Assembly (NCBI GenBank): GCA_036273335.1
Contig: DASUHT010000019.1
Location: forward strand, 3,577-67,576
DNA length: 64,000 nt
Reading direction: 5' to 3'
Origin: Gaiellales bacterium
Lineage (GTDB): Bacteria > Actinomycetota > Thermoleophilia > Gaiellales > JAICJC01
Shown: positions 46,664 to 57,043 of the stretch, in pieces
Numbering within the stretch: the first letter of the stretch is position 1
How the letters are laid out: the number at the start of each line of letters is the position of its first letter
The notes under the pieces: generated by a model
Databases searched by the model: none
Told to the model about the DNA's origin: nothing
What the model saw: only the letters and a program-made list of their open reading frames with translations
Position numbers and translations under genes: made by a program

Positions 46664-47326
46664 CTGCGCGAGCTGATCGATCGTCTCCCCGCGAGCGCCC
46701 GCCACGCGGCCTTCACGCACGCCTCGTGGGTGGACGACCGGGCGGACTCCTACGAGCGTCTCGAGTTCCTCGGCGACGGCGTCCTCGGGCTGGCGGTCGC
46801 CGACGAGCTGTACCGGCGATTCCCCGACCGGCCGGAGGGCGACCTGGCCCGGATTCGTGCGCACGCGGTCTCCCGGCAGAGCTGCGCCGAGGTGGCTCGG
46901 TCGCTGCAGCTTGACGCCGACCTGGCCGCCCAGGCCGAGCGCTGCGAGCGCCAGACCGACATCGAGACCCTCGTCCGCTCGCAGGCGGTGATGGCCGCGC
47001 TGGTCGAGTCGGCCATCGGCGCCGCCTACCTGGAGTACGGGCTGGAGCCGGTTGCGGCTGCCGTCGTGGACGCGTTCGCCGGCCCGATCGCGTTCGCGGT
47101 CGAGCAGCATGTCGACCACAAGACGGTGCTCCAGGAGGAGCTTGCACGTCTGGGCTCCTCGGTAACGTACAGGCTGATGGAGACCTCGGGCCCTCCACAC
47201 CGGCGGACCTTCACGACGGCGGCCATGGTCGGCGAGCGTGAGCTCGGCCGTGGCTCGGGGATGAGCAAGAAGGCCTCGGAGCAGGCGGCGGCGCGGGAGG
47301 CGCTGGCGGCCCTCGATCCGCGCTAG
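46664..47326 (+). CDS. rnc: Ribonuclease III (start codon uncertain; canonical-start ORF begins only at GTG 46730)
   Basis: ORF 46730..47326 carries ERLEFLGDGVLGLAV, the catalytic acidic residues and a C-terminal dsRBD (GSGMSKKASEQAAAREAL). The in-frame upstream sequence encodes LRELIDRLP...AAFTHASW, the equivalent of the RNase III ALTHRS helix, without any ATG/GTG/TTG. CTG 46664 is taken as a provisional start. Confidence 0.85.
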   Translation: MRELIDRLPASARHAAFTHASWVDDRADSYERLEFLGDGVLGLAVADELYRRFPDRPEGDLARIRAHAVSRQSCAEVARSLQLDADLAAQAERCERQTDIETLVRSQAVMAALVESAIGAAYLEYGLEPVAAAVVDAFAGPIAFAVEQHVDHKTVLQEELARLGSSVTYRLMETSGPPHRRTFTTAAMVGERELGRGSGMSKKASEQAAAREALAALDPR

Positions 47327-47329
47327 CCG

Positions 47330-50300
47330 ATGTACCTGAAGAGCCTTCGCATCCGCGGTTTCAAGTCGTTCCCTCACGGAATCGAGTTGCGCTTCCACGA
47401 AGGGATCGCAGTCATCATCGGCCCGAACGGCAGCGGCAAGTCGAACATCGCCGACGCCTTGCAGTGGGCGATGGGGGTGCACTCGCCGGCCCAGTTGCGG
47501 GCCGCCGCCGGCCAGGACGTGCTCTTCTCCGGCTCGGACTCGCGCCCGCCCAGCGGAGTCTGCGAGGTGGAGCTGGTGCTGGACAACGAGTGCGGCACGC
47601 TCCCGCTCGAGTTCGGCGAGGTGTCGATCATGCGCCGCCTGCACCGCGAGAGCGAGGGCGAGTACTACATCAACCGCTCCCGCGTGCGGAGGCTGGACGT
47701 GCTGGAGCTGCTCGCCGACACCGGCCTCGGACGGCAGATGCACTCCGTGATCGGGCAGGGCGGGGTGGAGGAGATCCTCGTCTCCAAGCCGCACGAGCGC
47801 CGCCGCTTCGTCGAGGAGGCGGCCGGCCTTGGCAAGTACCAGCGCCGGCGCACCCGCGCCGAGGCAAAGCTGGCCCGCGTGTCCGCCGAGCTGGGGCGCG
47901 CCCGCGACCTGGAGCGGGAGGTGCGCGCCCGTCTCCGCCCGTTGGCGATGCAGGCAACCGCGGCCGAGCGCGCGGCGAAGCTGGCCGGCGAGATCGCCGC
48001 CGGCCGGGTGGCGCTCCTGGGCTCGGAGATGGTCGGCGAGCGGCTCGCCGGCAATGGGCTCCGGACGCAGCTCGAGGCCGCCGCCGGCGAGCGCGACCGG
48101 GTGGAGGCGCGGCTGGCGGCGCTGGCCACCCGGCGCGCGACGGCAGAGACCGAGCTGACCGGGCTGGCGACCGCCCAGGAGCGGGCGGCGCACGCGTTCT
48201 ACGCGTTCGAGACGTCGCGCGACCGGCTGGCCGCGCAGGCGCTTCGCCTGCGCACGGCGACGGCGGCGCTCGAGCGGGCGATCGCCCGCCGCGCGTCGCT
48301 GGCCGAGCGGCTGGCCGAGGACGCCAAGCGCTTCCGCGGCGAGATGGCCGAGGCAGAGTCGGCGGCGCAGGCCGCGGCGGCCGATCTGGCCGGCGAGGAG
48401 ACCGCGGATGCGGCCCCGGCAGGCCAGGCGAGCGCGCGCGCCGAGGCGGCACTTGCGGCCGCCATGGACGCGCGGCGTGCACTGGCAGAGGCACAGGGCC
48501 GGCTGGTCACCGCCCGCCGCGAGTCGGAGCAGGTACGGGCACGTACAGAGGCCGCGCGTCGGCGGCTGGGCGAGTTGGCGGAGGCCGCCGATCGGGTGGC
48601 GGCCGGGCTCGCCGCGGCCGAGACCGGGGCGAGCGACGCGGCGTCGCAGGCCGCCGAGTGCGAGCGCGCCGTCGATTCGGCCGTCGCGGCCGATTCGGCC
48701 GCCGCGTCCCGGGCGCAGCAAACGGCTGCCGAGGACCGCGGCCGGCGGGAGGCTGCGGATGAGCTGGAGCATCGCCTGCGCTCCGCGACAACGCGGCTGG
48801 CGGCGCTCGAACGGGCGCTTGACCGGGGCGAGGGGCTGTCGCCGGCAGCGCAGGCCCTGAAGCGCGCCGGAGCGGTGCTCGTGGTGGCAGGCGTGGAGGC
48901 ACGCCCCGGCTACGAGCGGGCGGTTGCGGCGGCGCTGGGCTGGCGCGCGGGGGCCGTGGTCGCCGAGCGGATCGAGGACGCCGTCGACCTGCTGCACGGC
49001 GCCGAGGGCGAGCTCGGTGTCGTGCTGGCATCGTCGCAGGCAGCGGGCGGCGCGTTGCCGCCGACCCCGGCTGCCCGGCCGCTTGCGGAGGTTGTGGACA
49101 TCAAGGATGGGTCGGTCGCGCGGCTGATCGAGGGGGTGTGGCTGGTCGACGACCTGACGCCGGTCAGCCACGGCATCGCCGTCACCGCCGACGGCGAGGG
49201 CATCGACGCCGACCGGGGAGAGCTCTGGCGCACCGCCGACGCCGGTGAGGCGGCCTGGATGGCCGCCCGGTCGGAGCGCGAGCGCGTCTCCGCCGAGGCG
49301 GCGCAGCTCGGCCAGGAGCTGGCCGAGGCCAGGGCCGGTGCCGAGGAGTCGGCGACTGCTGCGGCAGACGCAGCCGCAGAGGCCCGAACGGCAGGCGCGG
49401 CGATGACTGCTGCCCGGGAGGCCGCGGCGGCGGCGGTGGAGACGGCACGCCAGGCGGCAGCCAGGCGGGACGCGCTGGCGGACGAGCTGGCGCGCACCGA
49501 TGCCGGCCGCGACCTGGCCGGCGCCGACCTGGACACGGCCCAGGAGGGGCTCGCCGAACTGGATGCGGCAACGCTGGCGCACGCGGCCGACGAGCAGGAG
49601 CGGCGGACAGCGGCCACGGCCGCCGACGAGGAGCACGCCCGGCTCGAGCACGCCCGGCGGGAGCTCGCCGAGCAGGAGGCGCGGGCGGCGGCGCGGCGGG
49701 CAATGCTGGAGGAGCGTCTGGCGCGGCACCGGGAGGATGTAGCGCGACTGGCTGCGGCGGCCGAACAGGCCGAGAGCGGGCAGGCGGCGTGCGTCTATGC
49801 CATCGCCCAGTCCGAGCTGACCCTCCCCGAGGCGCGGTTGCTGGGGGAGCGCCTGACCGATGTCGCCGCCGTTGCCGAGCGGCTGCGCGACCCGGCCCGG
49901 GCCGGCGTGGACAGCGTCGAGCGGCGCGCGGCAGAGCTGGCCGCGGAGCTCCAGGCGTGTGCCGAGCAGGAGGCCGCAGAGCAGACCGAGGCGCGACGCG
50001 CGTCCGGCGTGGCGACCGAGCTCGAGGTGGCGCTCGCCAGGGGTGCCGAGCGGATCGCAGAGCTGGAGCGGCGCCGCGGCGTGATCGCGGCCGAGCATGC
50101 CCTGGAGGCGACCGATCCGGACGAGCCGCTGCCACCCGAGGACGCTGCCGGGCTGGCGGCGCGCCTGGAACGGCTGGAGCGTCGCCGCGAGGGCCTGGGG
50201 GCGGTCAATCCACTGGCCGCCGAGGAATACGAGACGGAGAAGCAGCGCTCGGGCGAGCTGGTCGCCCAGTGCGACGACCTGGAGCGGTCGCTGCACGAGC

Positions 50301-50893
50301 TACGCAGCCTGATCCGCGATCTCACGCAGACGATCGACCGGCGCTTCGCCGAGACCTTCGCCGAGGTCCAGGCCCACTTCCGGGACACCATCGCGACGCT
50401 CTTCCCCGGCGGCGCAGGACGTCTTCGCCTGACCGACGACGTCGTCTCGGCCCAGCCGATCCGGGCGACCGCCGAAGGCCAGGAGGGGGAGGCGCCGGAG
50501 GAGGCCGAGGAGGTCGCCGACGAACCGGGGATCGAGCTCGAGGTGCGCCCGGCCGGCAAGCGCATCGAGTCGCTGTCGCTGCTCTCCGGCGGCGAGAAGG
50601 CGCTGACCGCGATCGCCTTCCTGTTCGCATTGATGCTGACCAAGCCATCGCCCTTCTACGTGCTCGACGAGGTGGAGGCGGCGCTCGACGACGCCAACAT
50701 CGAGCGCTTCCTGACCCTTCTTCGGGAATCGCAGAAGAAGGCGCAGTTCATCGTCATCACCCACCAGCGGCGAACGATGGAGGTCGCGGACGTGCTCTAT
50801 GGGGTCTCGATGGCAGGCGACGGCGAGTCCCGCGTGCTATCGAGGCGGATGCCCGCCGAGTCCGACCTGCACCACGCGATCGAGTCCGCCTAG
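47330..50893 (+). CDS. smc: Chromosome segregation protein SMC
   Basis: ORF 47330..50893, 1187 aa. Walker A GPNGSGKSNI, long Ala/Glu/Arg coiled coils, a hinge, and C-terminal LSGGEKALTAIAF...YVLDEVEAALD. Confidence 0.95.
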   Translation: MYLKSLRIRGFKSFPHGIELRFHEGIAVIIGPNGSGKSNIADALQWAMGVHSPAQLRAAAGQDVLFSGSDSRPPSGVCEVELVLDNECGTLPLEFGEVSIMRRLHRESEGEYYINRSRVRRLDVLELLADTGLGRQMHSVIGQGGVEEILVSKPHERRRFVEEAAGLGKYQRRRTRAEAKLARVSAELGRARDLEREVRARLRPLAMQATAAERAAKLAGEIAAGRVALLGSEMVGERLAGNGLRTQLEAAAGERDRVEARLAALATRRATAETELTGLATAQERAAHAFYAFETSRDRLAAQALRLRTATAALERAIARRASLAERLAEDAKRFRGEMAEAESAAQAAAADLAGEETADAAPAGQASARAEAALAAAMDARRALAEAQGRLVTARRESEQVRARTEAARRRLGELAEAADRVAAGLAAAETGASDAASQAAECERAVDSAVAADSAAASRAQQTAAEDRGRREAADELEHRLRSATTRLAALERALDRGEGLSPAAQALKRAGAVLVVAGVEARPGYERAVAAALGWRAGAVVAERIEDAVDLLHGAEGELGVVLASSQAAGGALPPTPAARPLAEVVDIKDGSVARLIEGVWLVDDLTPVSHGIAVTADGEGIDADRGELWRTADAGEAAWMAARSERERVSAEAAQLGQELAEARAGAEESATAAADAAAEARTAGAAMTAAREAAAAAVETARQAAARRDALADELARTDAGRDLAGADLDTAQEGLAELDAATLAHAADEQERRTAATAADEEHARLEHARRELAEQEARAAARRAMLEERLARHREDVARLAAAAEQAESGQAACVYAIAQSELTLPEARLLGERLTDVAAVAERLRDPARAGVDSVERRAAELAAELQACAEQEAAEQTEARRASGVATELEVALARGAERIAELERRRGVIAAEHALEATDPDEPLPPEDAAGLAARLERLERRREGLGAVNPLAAEEYETEKQRSGELVAQCDDLERSLHELRSLIRDLTQTIDRRFAETFAEVQAHFRDTIATLFPGGAGRLRLTDDVVSAQPIRATAEGQEGEAPEEAEEVADEPGIELEVRPAGKRIESLSLLSGGEKALTAIAFLFALMLTKPSPFYVLDEVEAALDDANIERFLTLLRESQKKAQFIVITHQRRTMEVADVLYGVSMAGDGESRVLSRRMPAESDLHHAIESA

Positions 50894-51819
50894 GCCGCCG
50901 TCGCGGCCGCCTCGAGCCACTCCCACAGGTCATCCGGCAGGTCGAGCGTGCCCGCCGTGAGCGCCTCTTGCCGGCGCCCGGCGCTCGCCTCGCCGGGGAA
51001 CCGCCGGCCGCCGAGGGCAGCTCGGATCTCTTCCGCGGGCAGCGCCTGCGGCCGGGCGACCAGCGCGACGGCCGAGAAGCCGTCGGCGCCGGCGAGGGCC
51101 CGGCAGAGGAGCTCCACGATGAGAGCGAGCGCGAACCCCTTGTACGCCTGGTCGGCGCCCAACGGGAGCAGTCCGGCCGCCCCGGAGGTCACGTCGGCCG
51201 GGTTCGTGGCCGGGCCGCCGGCCGCACCGATCGCGGCGCCCTCGGGCAGCGGGCGTGCGGTGGCTGCCGCCTTGAGCACGGCGCCGTAGGTGATGCGGCC
51301 CATCGAAACGTCGACCAGCGCCGGGCCGTGCTCGCCGGGGACGGCCAGGCAGAGTGGGTTTGTACCGAGCAGTGGCGGGCCGCCGTCGGGATGAGAGATG
51401 CGGGCCGTCGAGGTGGCCGTGACCAGGCAGCAAAGGCCGCCCGCCGCCACGCGCTCGGCGTAGTGGCCGAGCCGGCCGGTTGGGAAGCCGTGGCGGACGA
51501 CCACCAGCCGGGCGCCGGTCGGCGGGTCGTCCAGTTCCCGCTCGAGTGCCCGGCTGAGCGCCAGATAGCCGAGTGCCCCGCCGGCGTCCCAGCGGGCGAT
51601 CCCGCCGTCCCGCTCGACCAGTCGCGGCTGCGCCGCCGGCTGCAAGTCGTCGAACGCCGAGATCCAGCGCAGCCGCTCCACCCCGTGCCCGGACGCCCCC
51701 CGAAGCTCGGCCCCGAGGAAGTGATCGACCAGCTCGCGGGCGTCGGCGTCGCCGAATCCGAGGCCGTGGGCGCGCGCCAGCATGGCCGCCTCCAGCCGGT
51801 CGATCGTCACCGTCGCCAT
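50890..51819 (-). CDS. Ldh2-family (malate/L-lactate/sulfolactate-type) NAD(P)H oxidoreductase
   Basis: Last 309 aa of composite ORF 50890..52803(-), from ATG 51819. GASGHGVERL, LLGTNPL and DQAYKGFALALIVELL resemble PF02615-type proteins. Shows a 4-nt convergent overlap with the smc stop. Confidence 0.75.
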   Translation of the reverse strand: MATVTIDRLEAAMLARAHGLGFGDADARELVDHFLGAELRGASGHGVERLRWISAFDDLQPAAQPRLVERDGGIARWDAGGALGYLALSRALERELDDPPTGARLVVVRHGFPTGRLGHYAERVAAGGLCCLVTATSTARISHPDGGPPLLGTNPLCLAVPGEHGPALVDVSMGRITYGAVLKAAATARPLPEGAAIGAAGGPATNPADVTSGAAGLLPLGADQAYKGFALALIVELLCRALAGADGFSAVALVARPQALPAEEIRAALGGRRFPGEASAGRRQEALTAGTLDLPDDLWEWLEAAATAA

Positions 51820-51901
51820 CGCGGGGCACCGTAGTCCACCACGGCCGGACCGAATACCAGGTGCCAGGCACCTTCTATTCGGCGTTCTAGGATCCCCGAC
51901 C

Positions 51902-52888
51902 GTGACCCGATCCTGGCAGGCGATGTTCGACACCGGCGACGGCGCGCCCATCCCGGAGCCGGACGAGCAGCGGGAGGGAGGTGTGTTCGCCCGCCTCCGC
52001 GGTTCGATCTCGCGCAGCCGGCGGGCGATGACGCAGCAGCTCCAGGCGGTCATGTTCGACCCCGCCGACGAGGAGGTCTGGGAGCGCCTGGAGGAAGCGC
52101 TGATCATGGCCGACTGCGGCGTGCCGGCGACCGTCGCGGTGATCGAGCGGCTGGAGGCGGAGTCGGCGGCCGGGCGGCTGACCAGCCGGGCCGAGCTGAC
52201 CGCTGCCCTGACGCAGATCGTGACCGAGCTGATGACGCCCCCCGGCGATCCCAGGATCGACATCTCACACGTCCCGTCGGTGCTGCTAGTGACCGGCGTC
52301 AACGGCACCGGGAAGACCACCAGCATCGGGAAGATCGCCTGGCATCTGCGGGAAGCCGGCCGCAGCTGCGTGATCGGCGCCGCCGACACCTTCCGGGCCG
52401 CCGCCGGTGAGCAGCTCGAGACCTGGGCCGAGCGCGCCGGCGCCGATTTCGTGGGATCGCAGTCGGGCGCCGATCCCGCCGCGGTTGCCTTCGACGCCGT
52501 CTCCGCCGCCGAGGCTCGCAGCCGCGACGTTGTCATCGTCGACACGGCCGGCCGGCTGCACACCCAGGGCCACCTGATGGACGAGCTGGAAAAGATCCAT
52601 CGCGTGATCGGCCAGCGGATCGCCGGCGCCCCGCACGAGGTGCTGCTGACGATCGACGCCACCACCGGCCAGAACGGCCTGCAGCAGGCGCGGCTGTTCG
52701 CCGAGGCCGTGCAGGTGACGGGGATCGTGCTGACCAAGCTGGACGGCACCGCCAAGGGGGGCATCGCCGTCGCCATCGCGCACGAGCTCTCGATCCCGGT
52801 CAAGCTGATCGGGGTCGGCGAGGGGGTGGAGGACCTGCGCCCGTTCGAGGCGGCCGACTTCGCCCGCGCCCTGTTCGGCGACGAGTAG
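51902..52888 (+). CDS. ftsY: Signal recognition particle receptor FtsY
   Basis: Frame of ORF 51782..52888. NG domain with GVNGTGKTT, DTAGRLH and TKLDGTAKGG. TAGGAT at 51888-51893 lies 8 nt before GTG 51902; ATG 51923 is the alternative start. Confidence 0.92.
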   Translation: MTRSWQAMFDTGDGAPIPEPDEQREGGVFARLRGSISRSRRAMTQQLQAVMFDPADEEVWERLEEALIMADCGVPATVAVIERLEAESAAGRLTSRAELTAALTQIVTELMTPPGDPRIDISHVPSVLLVTGVNGTGKTTSIGKIAWHLREAGRSCVIGAADTFRAAAGEQLETWAERAGADFVGSQSGADPAAVAFDAVSAAEARSRDVVIVDTAGRLHTQGHLMDELEKIHRVIGQRIAGAPHEVLLTIDATTGQNGLQQARLFAEAVQVTGIVLTKLDGTAKGGIAVAIAHELSIPVKLIGVGEGVEDLRPFEAADFARALFGDE

Positions 52889-52891
52889 TCT
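52886..52891 (+). promoter_or_regulatory. Putative -10 box (TAGTCT, includes the ftsY stop) for leaderless ffh
   Basis: TAGTCT lies 7 nt upstream of ATG 52899. Confidence 0.3.
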
Positions 52892-52898
52892 TCAGCGG

Positions 52899-54233
52899 AT
52901 GTTCGACTCGCTCTCCGAACGCCTGGGAACGACCCTTGACGGCCTCCGTGGGAAGGGTCGCCTGACCGAGGACGACATCAACGCCGCGATGCGCGAGATC
53001 CGCCTGGCGCTGCTGGAGGCAGACGTCAACTTCGCGGTCGTCCGGCAGTTCGTGGCTGCGGTCAAGGAGCGGGCGATGGGGGCCGAGGTGCTGGACAGCC
53101 TGACTCCGGGACAACAGGTGGTGAAGATCGTCCACGAGGAGTTGACCGAGCTCATGGGCAGCGCCGGCAGCGGGCTCTCCTTCTCCAACCGGCCGCCGAC
53201 GGTGATCCTGATGGCCGGCCTCCAGGGCTCGGGCAAGACCACCGCCTGCGGCAAGCTTGCCCGGATCCTCGCCAAGCAGAAGCGGACGCCGGCGATGGTC
53301 GCCTGCGACGTCTACCGGCCGGCCGCCATCCAGCAGCTGCAGACGCTCGGCAAGTCGCTGCAGGTGCCCGTCTTCGAGCGCGGCACCGACGCCGACCCGG
53401 TCGAGACGGCGGCCTGGGGGATCGAGCAGGCGCGCGCCCAGGGCCGGGACGTCGTGATCGTCGACACCGCCGGCCGGCTGCACATCGACGAGCAGCTGAT
53501 GGACGAGCTCGTCCGCATCAAGCAGCGCACGAAGCCGCACAACGTCCTGCTCGTGCTCGACTCGATGACCGGCCAGGACGCCGTCAACGTGGCCGAGCGG
53601 TTCGCCGAGGCGGTGGACTACGACGGCGTCATCCTGACCAAGCTGGACGGCGATGCCCGGGGCGGCGCCGCGCTGGCCGTCCGGGCGGTCACCGGCAAGC
53701 CGATCAAGTACGTGTCGGTGGGCGAGAAGCTTGACCAGCTGGAGCCCTTCCATCCCGACCGGATGGCCTCCCGGATTCTCGGCATGGGCGACGTGATGGG
53801 GCTGATCGAGCGCGCCCAGGAGCAGTTCGACGACCGGCAGACGGAGGAGATGGAGGCGCGCATGCGCAAGGGCGCCTTCACCCTCGAGGACCACCTCGAC
53901 CTGCTCCAGAAGACCAAGAAGATGGGCTCGCTGAAGGGAATGCTGGGGATGGTGCCCGGCCTCGGCCGGCAGCTCCGAAACATGCAGTTCGACGAGAACC
54001 AGGCGGCCCGCGGGATCAGCCAGATGGAGGCGATCATCCTCTCCATGACGCCGGACGAGCGGCGCAGCCCACGGTCGATCAACGGCAGCCGGCGGCGGCG
54101 GATCGCGGCCGGCAGCGGGACCACCGTCCAGCACGTGAATCAGGTGCTCGGCCAGCACAAGCAGATGGAGAAGATGATGAAGCAGATGAAGGCCGGCAAG
54201 ATGCCCAATCTGGGCGCCCTGATGGGCCGCTGA
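52899..54233 (+). CDS. ffh: Signal recognition particle protein Ffh
   Basis: ORF 52899..54233. MFDSLSERL..., [16 protein letters not shown], and a Met-rich M domain ([18 protein letters not shown]). Confidence 0.96.
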   Translation: MFDSLSERLGTTLDGLRGKGRLTEDDINAAMREIRLALLEADVNFAVVRQFVAAVKERAMGAEVLDSLTPGQQVVKIVHEELTELMGSAGSGLSFSNRPPTVILMAGLQGSGKTTACGKLARILAKQKRTPAMVACDVYRPAAIQQLQTLGKSLQVPVFERGTDADPVETAAWGIEQARAQGRDVVIVDTAGRLHIDEQLMDELVRIKQRTKPHNVLLVLDSMTGQDAVNVAERFAEAVDYDGVILTKLDGDARGGAALAVRAVTGKPIKYVSVGEKLDQLEPFHPDRMASRILGMGDVMGLIERAQEQFDDRQTEEMEARMRKGAFTLEDHLDLLQKTKKMGSLKGMLGMVPGLGRQLRNMQFDENQAARGISQMEAIILSMTPDERRSPRSINGSRRRRIAAGSGTTVQHVNQVLGQHKQMEKMMKQMKAGKMPNLGALMGR

Positions 54234-54282
54234 CCTTGTGCCATCATCTACACTCCCGCCGCCGGAGAAACCAGGAGGAAGC

Positions 54283-54522
54283 GTGGCAGTGAAGATCCGC
54301 CTTGCGCGGCATGGCTCGAAGAAGAACCCGGTCTACCGGGTGGTGGTCGCCGATTCGCGCGTGCAGCGCGACGGCCGCACCATCGAGGAGATCGGGAAGT
54401 ACAACCCGCAGCTCGAGCCGTCGCTGGTCGATATCGACGCCGACAAGGCCCGGGCCTGGATCGCCAAGGGCGCGCAGCCGACCGAGACGGTCGCCAAGCT
54501 GCTCAAGATCGCCGGCGTTTAG
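54283..54522 (+). CDS. rpsP: 30S ribosomal protein S16
   Basis: Frame of ORF 54238..54522. AGGAGG at 54273-54278 lies 4 nt before GTG 54283. [26 protein letters not shown] is the S16 signature. Confidence 0.93.
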   Translation: MAVKIRLARHGSKKNPVYRVVVADSRVQRDGRTIEEIGKYNPQLEPSLVDIDADKARAWIAKGAQPTETVAKLLKIAGV

Positions 54523-54540
54523 GGTCGGCCACCGAGTCCT

Positions 54541-54774
54541 GTGGAGGACCTCCTCGAGTACCTGGCCCGGCAACTGGTCGACGAGCCCGACCAGGTGCGG
54601 GTGGAGCGGACCGAGCCGACGCCCGGCGAGGTACGGCTGGAGCTGCACGTGGCGCAGGACGACCTGGGCAAGGTGATTGGCAAGCAGGGCCGGATCGCCC
54701 GCGCGCTGCGCACGATCGTGAAGGCTTCGGCCGTCCGGAGCGGTGGGCGCGTCCATGTCGAGATCGCCGGCTGA
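54541..54774 (+). CDS. KH-domain RNA-binding protein (YlqC/UPF0109 family)
   Basis: ORF 54541..54774, 77 aa. DLGKVIGKQGRIARALRTIV is a KH GxxG motif. Conserved rpsP-KH-rimM order. Confidence 0.88.
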   Translation: MEDLLEYLARQLVDEPDQVRVERTEPTPGEVRLELHVAQDDLGKVIGKQGRIARALRTIVKASAVRSGGRVHVEIAG

Positions 54775-55267
54775 TCCGGCTTCCTGGCGGCCCGAGGAGA
54801 TCGTCGTCGGCCGGGTCGGCAGGCCGCACGGCCTGGACGGCTCGGTACACCTGGAGGGCCACGGGGGGGTCGTGCCGCTGGAGCCGGGGACGCCGGTGCG
54901 GGTCGGTGACCGGCCGGCGGTGATCGAACGGCGGCGGGGAACCGCCGAGCGGCCCATCCTCAGCTTCGATCACGTCCACGACCGCGAGCAGGCGGCGGCG
55001 TTGCGCGGACAGCCAGTCGCGGTCGCCAGCGATCGGCTACCGGCGGTCGATCGCGACGAGTACTTCCACGTCGACCTGGTGGGCTGCCGCGTGGAGGCGG
55101 GCGGCGAGCGGCTGGGGGAGGTGCGGGAGGTGCTCGCCTATCCGGCCAACGACGTGCTGGACGTGCGCCAGGGCGACCGTCAGGTGCTGATCCCGTTCGC
55201 CGTCGACGTCGTGCTCGAGGTGGACATACCCGGCCGGCTGATCCGCGTCCGCGAGGACTTCCTGTGA
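54755..55267 (+). CDS. rimM: 16S rRNA processing protein RimM
   Basis: Frame of ORF 54743..55267 (ATG 54755 or GTG 54743). [18 protein letters not shown]-barrel/RimM N-terminal motif. Confidence 0.9.
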   Translation: MSRSPADPASWRPEEIVVGRVGRPHGLDGSVHLEGHGGVVPLEPGTPVRVGDRPAVIERRRGTAERPILSFDHVHDREQAAALRGQPVAVASDRLPAVDRDEYFHVDLVGCRVEAGGERLGEVREVLAYPANDVLDVRQGDRQVLIPFAVDVVLEVDIPGRLIRVREDFL

Positions 55268-55953
55268 GCCTCGAGATCGACGTCTTCACGCTCTTCCCCG
55301 ACCACCTGGCCTGGCTCCCCGGCTCGCGTCCGGTGCGGAACGTCCTCGAGTCGGGGGAGCTCGGGCTGCGGGTGCTCGACCTGCGCCAGTGGGCGCTCGG
55401 CGAGTACCGGCAGGTGGACGACGCGCCGTACGGCGGTGGGGCCGGCATGCTCGTCCGGGTGGACGTCGTCTGCGCCGCCCTCGAGGACACCTATGGACGG
55501 TCGATCGAGCGGCTGCGCGAGGAGCGGCGGGTAGTTGTGCTGACGCCGGTCGGCCGCCGGCTCACCGATGCGGTCGCTGCCGAGTACGCCGGCGGCCGCC
55601 CGGTCACGCTGCTCGCCGGCCGCTACGAGGGGTTCGACCAGCGGGTGCACGAGCACCTGGCGACCGAGGAGCTCTCGATCGGCCCCTACGTGCTCTCGGG
55701 TGGCGAGATTCCGGCGATGGCGGTGGTGGACGCCGTCGTCCGCAAACTGCCCGGGGCCATGGGCAAGGAGGAGAGCCACCTGCACGACTCGTTCGCACCA
55801 GCCATGGGCGGCCGGCCGGAGTACCCGCACTACACAAGGCCGGACGAGTTTCGGGGCTGGCGAGTGCCGGAGGTGCTGCTGTCGGGGCACCACGCGCGCA
55901 TCGCCGCCTGGCGGGATGCACAGTCGCGCGAGCGCGACGCTTCCGATTTGTGA
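55264..55953 (+). CDS. trmD: tRNA (guanine37-N1)-methyltransferase
   Basis: ORF 55264..55953. [19 protein letters not shown] and [10 protein letters not shown] motifs. Confidence 0.94.
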   Translation: MSLEIDVFTLFPDHLAWLPGSRPVRNVLESGELGLRVLDLRQWALGEYRQVDDAPYGGGAGMLVRVDVVCAALEDTYGRSIERLREERRVVVLTPVGRRLTDAVAAEYAGGRPVTLLAGRYEGFDQRVHEHLATEELSIGPYVLSGGEIPAMAVVDAVVRKLPGAMGKEESHLHDSFAPAMGGRPEYPHYTRPDEFRGWRVPEVLLSGHHARIAAWRDAQSRERDASDL

Positions 55954-55985
55954 GGGTTCCGGGCGACGGGTACCATTCGGCGGCC

Positions 55986-56327
55986 ATGACCGTGATCGGA
56001 GACATCGAGGCCCGTCAACTGCGGGAGGTGCCACCGTTCAAGGCCGGAGATACCGTCCGCGTGCACTTCAAGGTGATCGAGGGCCAGAGGCAGCGGATCC
56101 AGGTATTCGAGGGCGTCTGCATCGCCCGCTCAGGGGCCGGCGTGCGCGAGACGTTCACCGTTCGCAAGCAGTCCTTCGGCGTCGGGGTGGAACGCACGTT
56201 CCCGGTGCACTCGCCGAAGATCGAGAAGATCGACGTGGCCTCAATCGGCGACGTCAGTCGCGCCAAGTTGTATTACCTCCGCGGCAAGGTGGGCAAGGCC
56301 GCTCGCGTCCGCGAGAAATCACGCTGA
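55986..56327 (+). CDS. rplS: 50S ribosomal protein L19
   Basis: Frame of ORF 55389..56327, from ATG 55986. [28 protein letters not shown] and FTVRK. TACCAT at 55971-55976 lies 9 nt upstream. Confidence 0.94.
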   Translation: MTVIGDIEARQLREVPPFKAGDTVRVHFKVIEGQRQRIQVFEGVCIARSGAGVRETFTVRKQSFGVGVERTFPVHSPKIEKIDVASIGDVSRAKLYYLRGKVGKAARVREKSR

Positions 56328-56340
56328 TCCACGAAGACTG

Positions 56341-57024
56341 ATGGGCGAACCGCCGCCCGACCATTCGGCGCCCGATCCCGCCGATCCCCAGTCGCTCGGC
56401 GCAATCGCCCAACCCGCGCCGACCGCCGACCAGCCGGCGGCAGAGCCGGTCAAGCGCCCGCGTGTCCACCCGCTGGTCGAGCTCGTCCTGGTGCTGGCGC
56501 TCGCCTTCGGGCTGGCGTACCTCGTCCAGGGGTGGGTGGTCAAGCCGTACCGGATCCCGTCGGCGTCCATGGAGCCGACGCTGCAGATCGGCGACATGGT
56601 GCTGGTGAACCGGTTCATCTACCACCTGCATCCGCCGCGCCGCGGCGACATCATCGTCTTTCATCCGCCCGGCCGCGGCGACACGCCGATTCGCGGCGCC
56701 AGCAGCGAGGCGAGCGTGAACTACATCAAGCGGGTGATCGGCCTGCCCGGCGAGTCGCTCGAGATTCGGCGCGGCACGGTATTCGTCCGCGCGCCGCACG
56801 CCCCCTGGCATGCCCTGCATGAGAGCTACATCGCGAACAACCCCAAGGTCGGGGCCGGCTCCAAGTTCGGTCCTGTCAAGGTGCCCAGAGGCGATTACTT
56901 CGTGCTCGGCGACAACCGGGGGAACAGCGACGACAGCCGCGTCTGGGGCCCGCTCCCGCGGCGCAACATCATCGGCGAGGCGTTCTTGATCTACTGGCCG
57001 CTGAACAGAATCACGACGCTCTAG
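56341..57024 (+). CDS. lepB: Signal peptidase I
   Basis: ORF 56341..57024. Catalytic PSASMEPTL (Ser) and KRVIGLPGE (Lys) boxes, plus GDNRGNSDDSR. Confidence 0.92.
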   Translation: MGEPPPDHSAPDPADPQSLGAIAQPAPTADQPAAEPVKRPRVHPLVELVLVLALAFGLAYLVQGWVVKPYRIPSASMEPTLQIGDMVLVNRFIYHLHPPRRGDIIVFHPPGRGDTPIRGASSEASVNYIKRVIGLPGESLEIRRGTVFVRAPHAPWHALHESYIANNPKVGAGSKFGPVKVPRGDYFVLGDNRGNSDDSRVWGPLPRRNIIGEAFLIYWPLNRITTL

Positions 57025-57043
57025 ACACGTTTCGGGACGCCGC

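Noticed and set aside
46634-50296. 1220-aa minus-strand ORF, plus several 150-430 aa ORFs in other frames across 47.3-50.9 kb.
   Set aside because: All overlap the smc coiled-coil region. The Ala/Glu/Arg codon repeats of smc keep every frame open. None shows independent protein features.
51820-52803. Upstream part of the 637-aa ORF 50890..52803(-).
   Set aside because: It is antisense to ftsY. The Ldh2-like sequence starts at ATG 51819.
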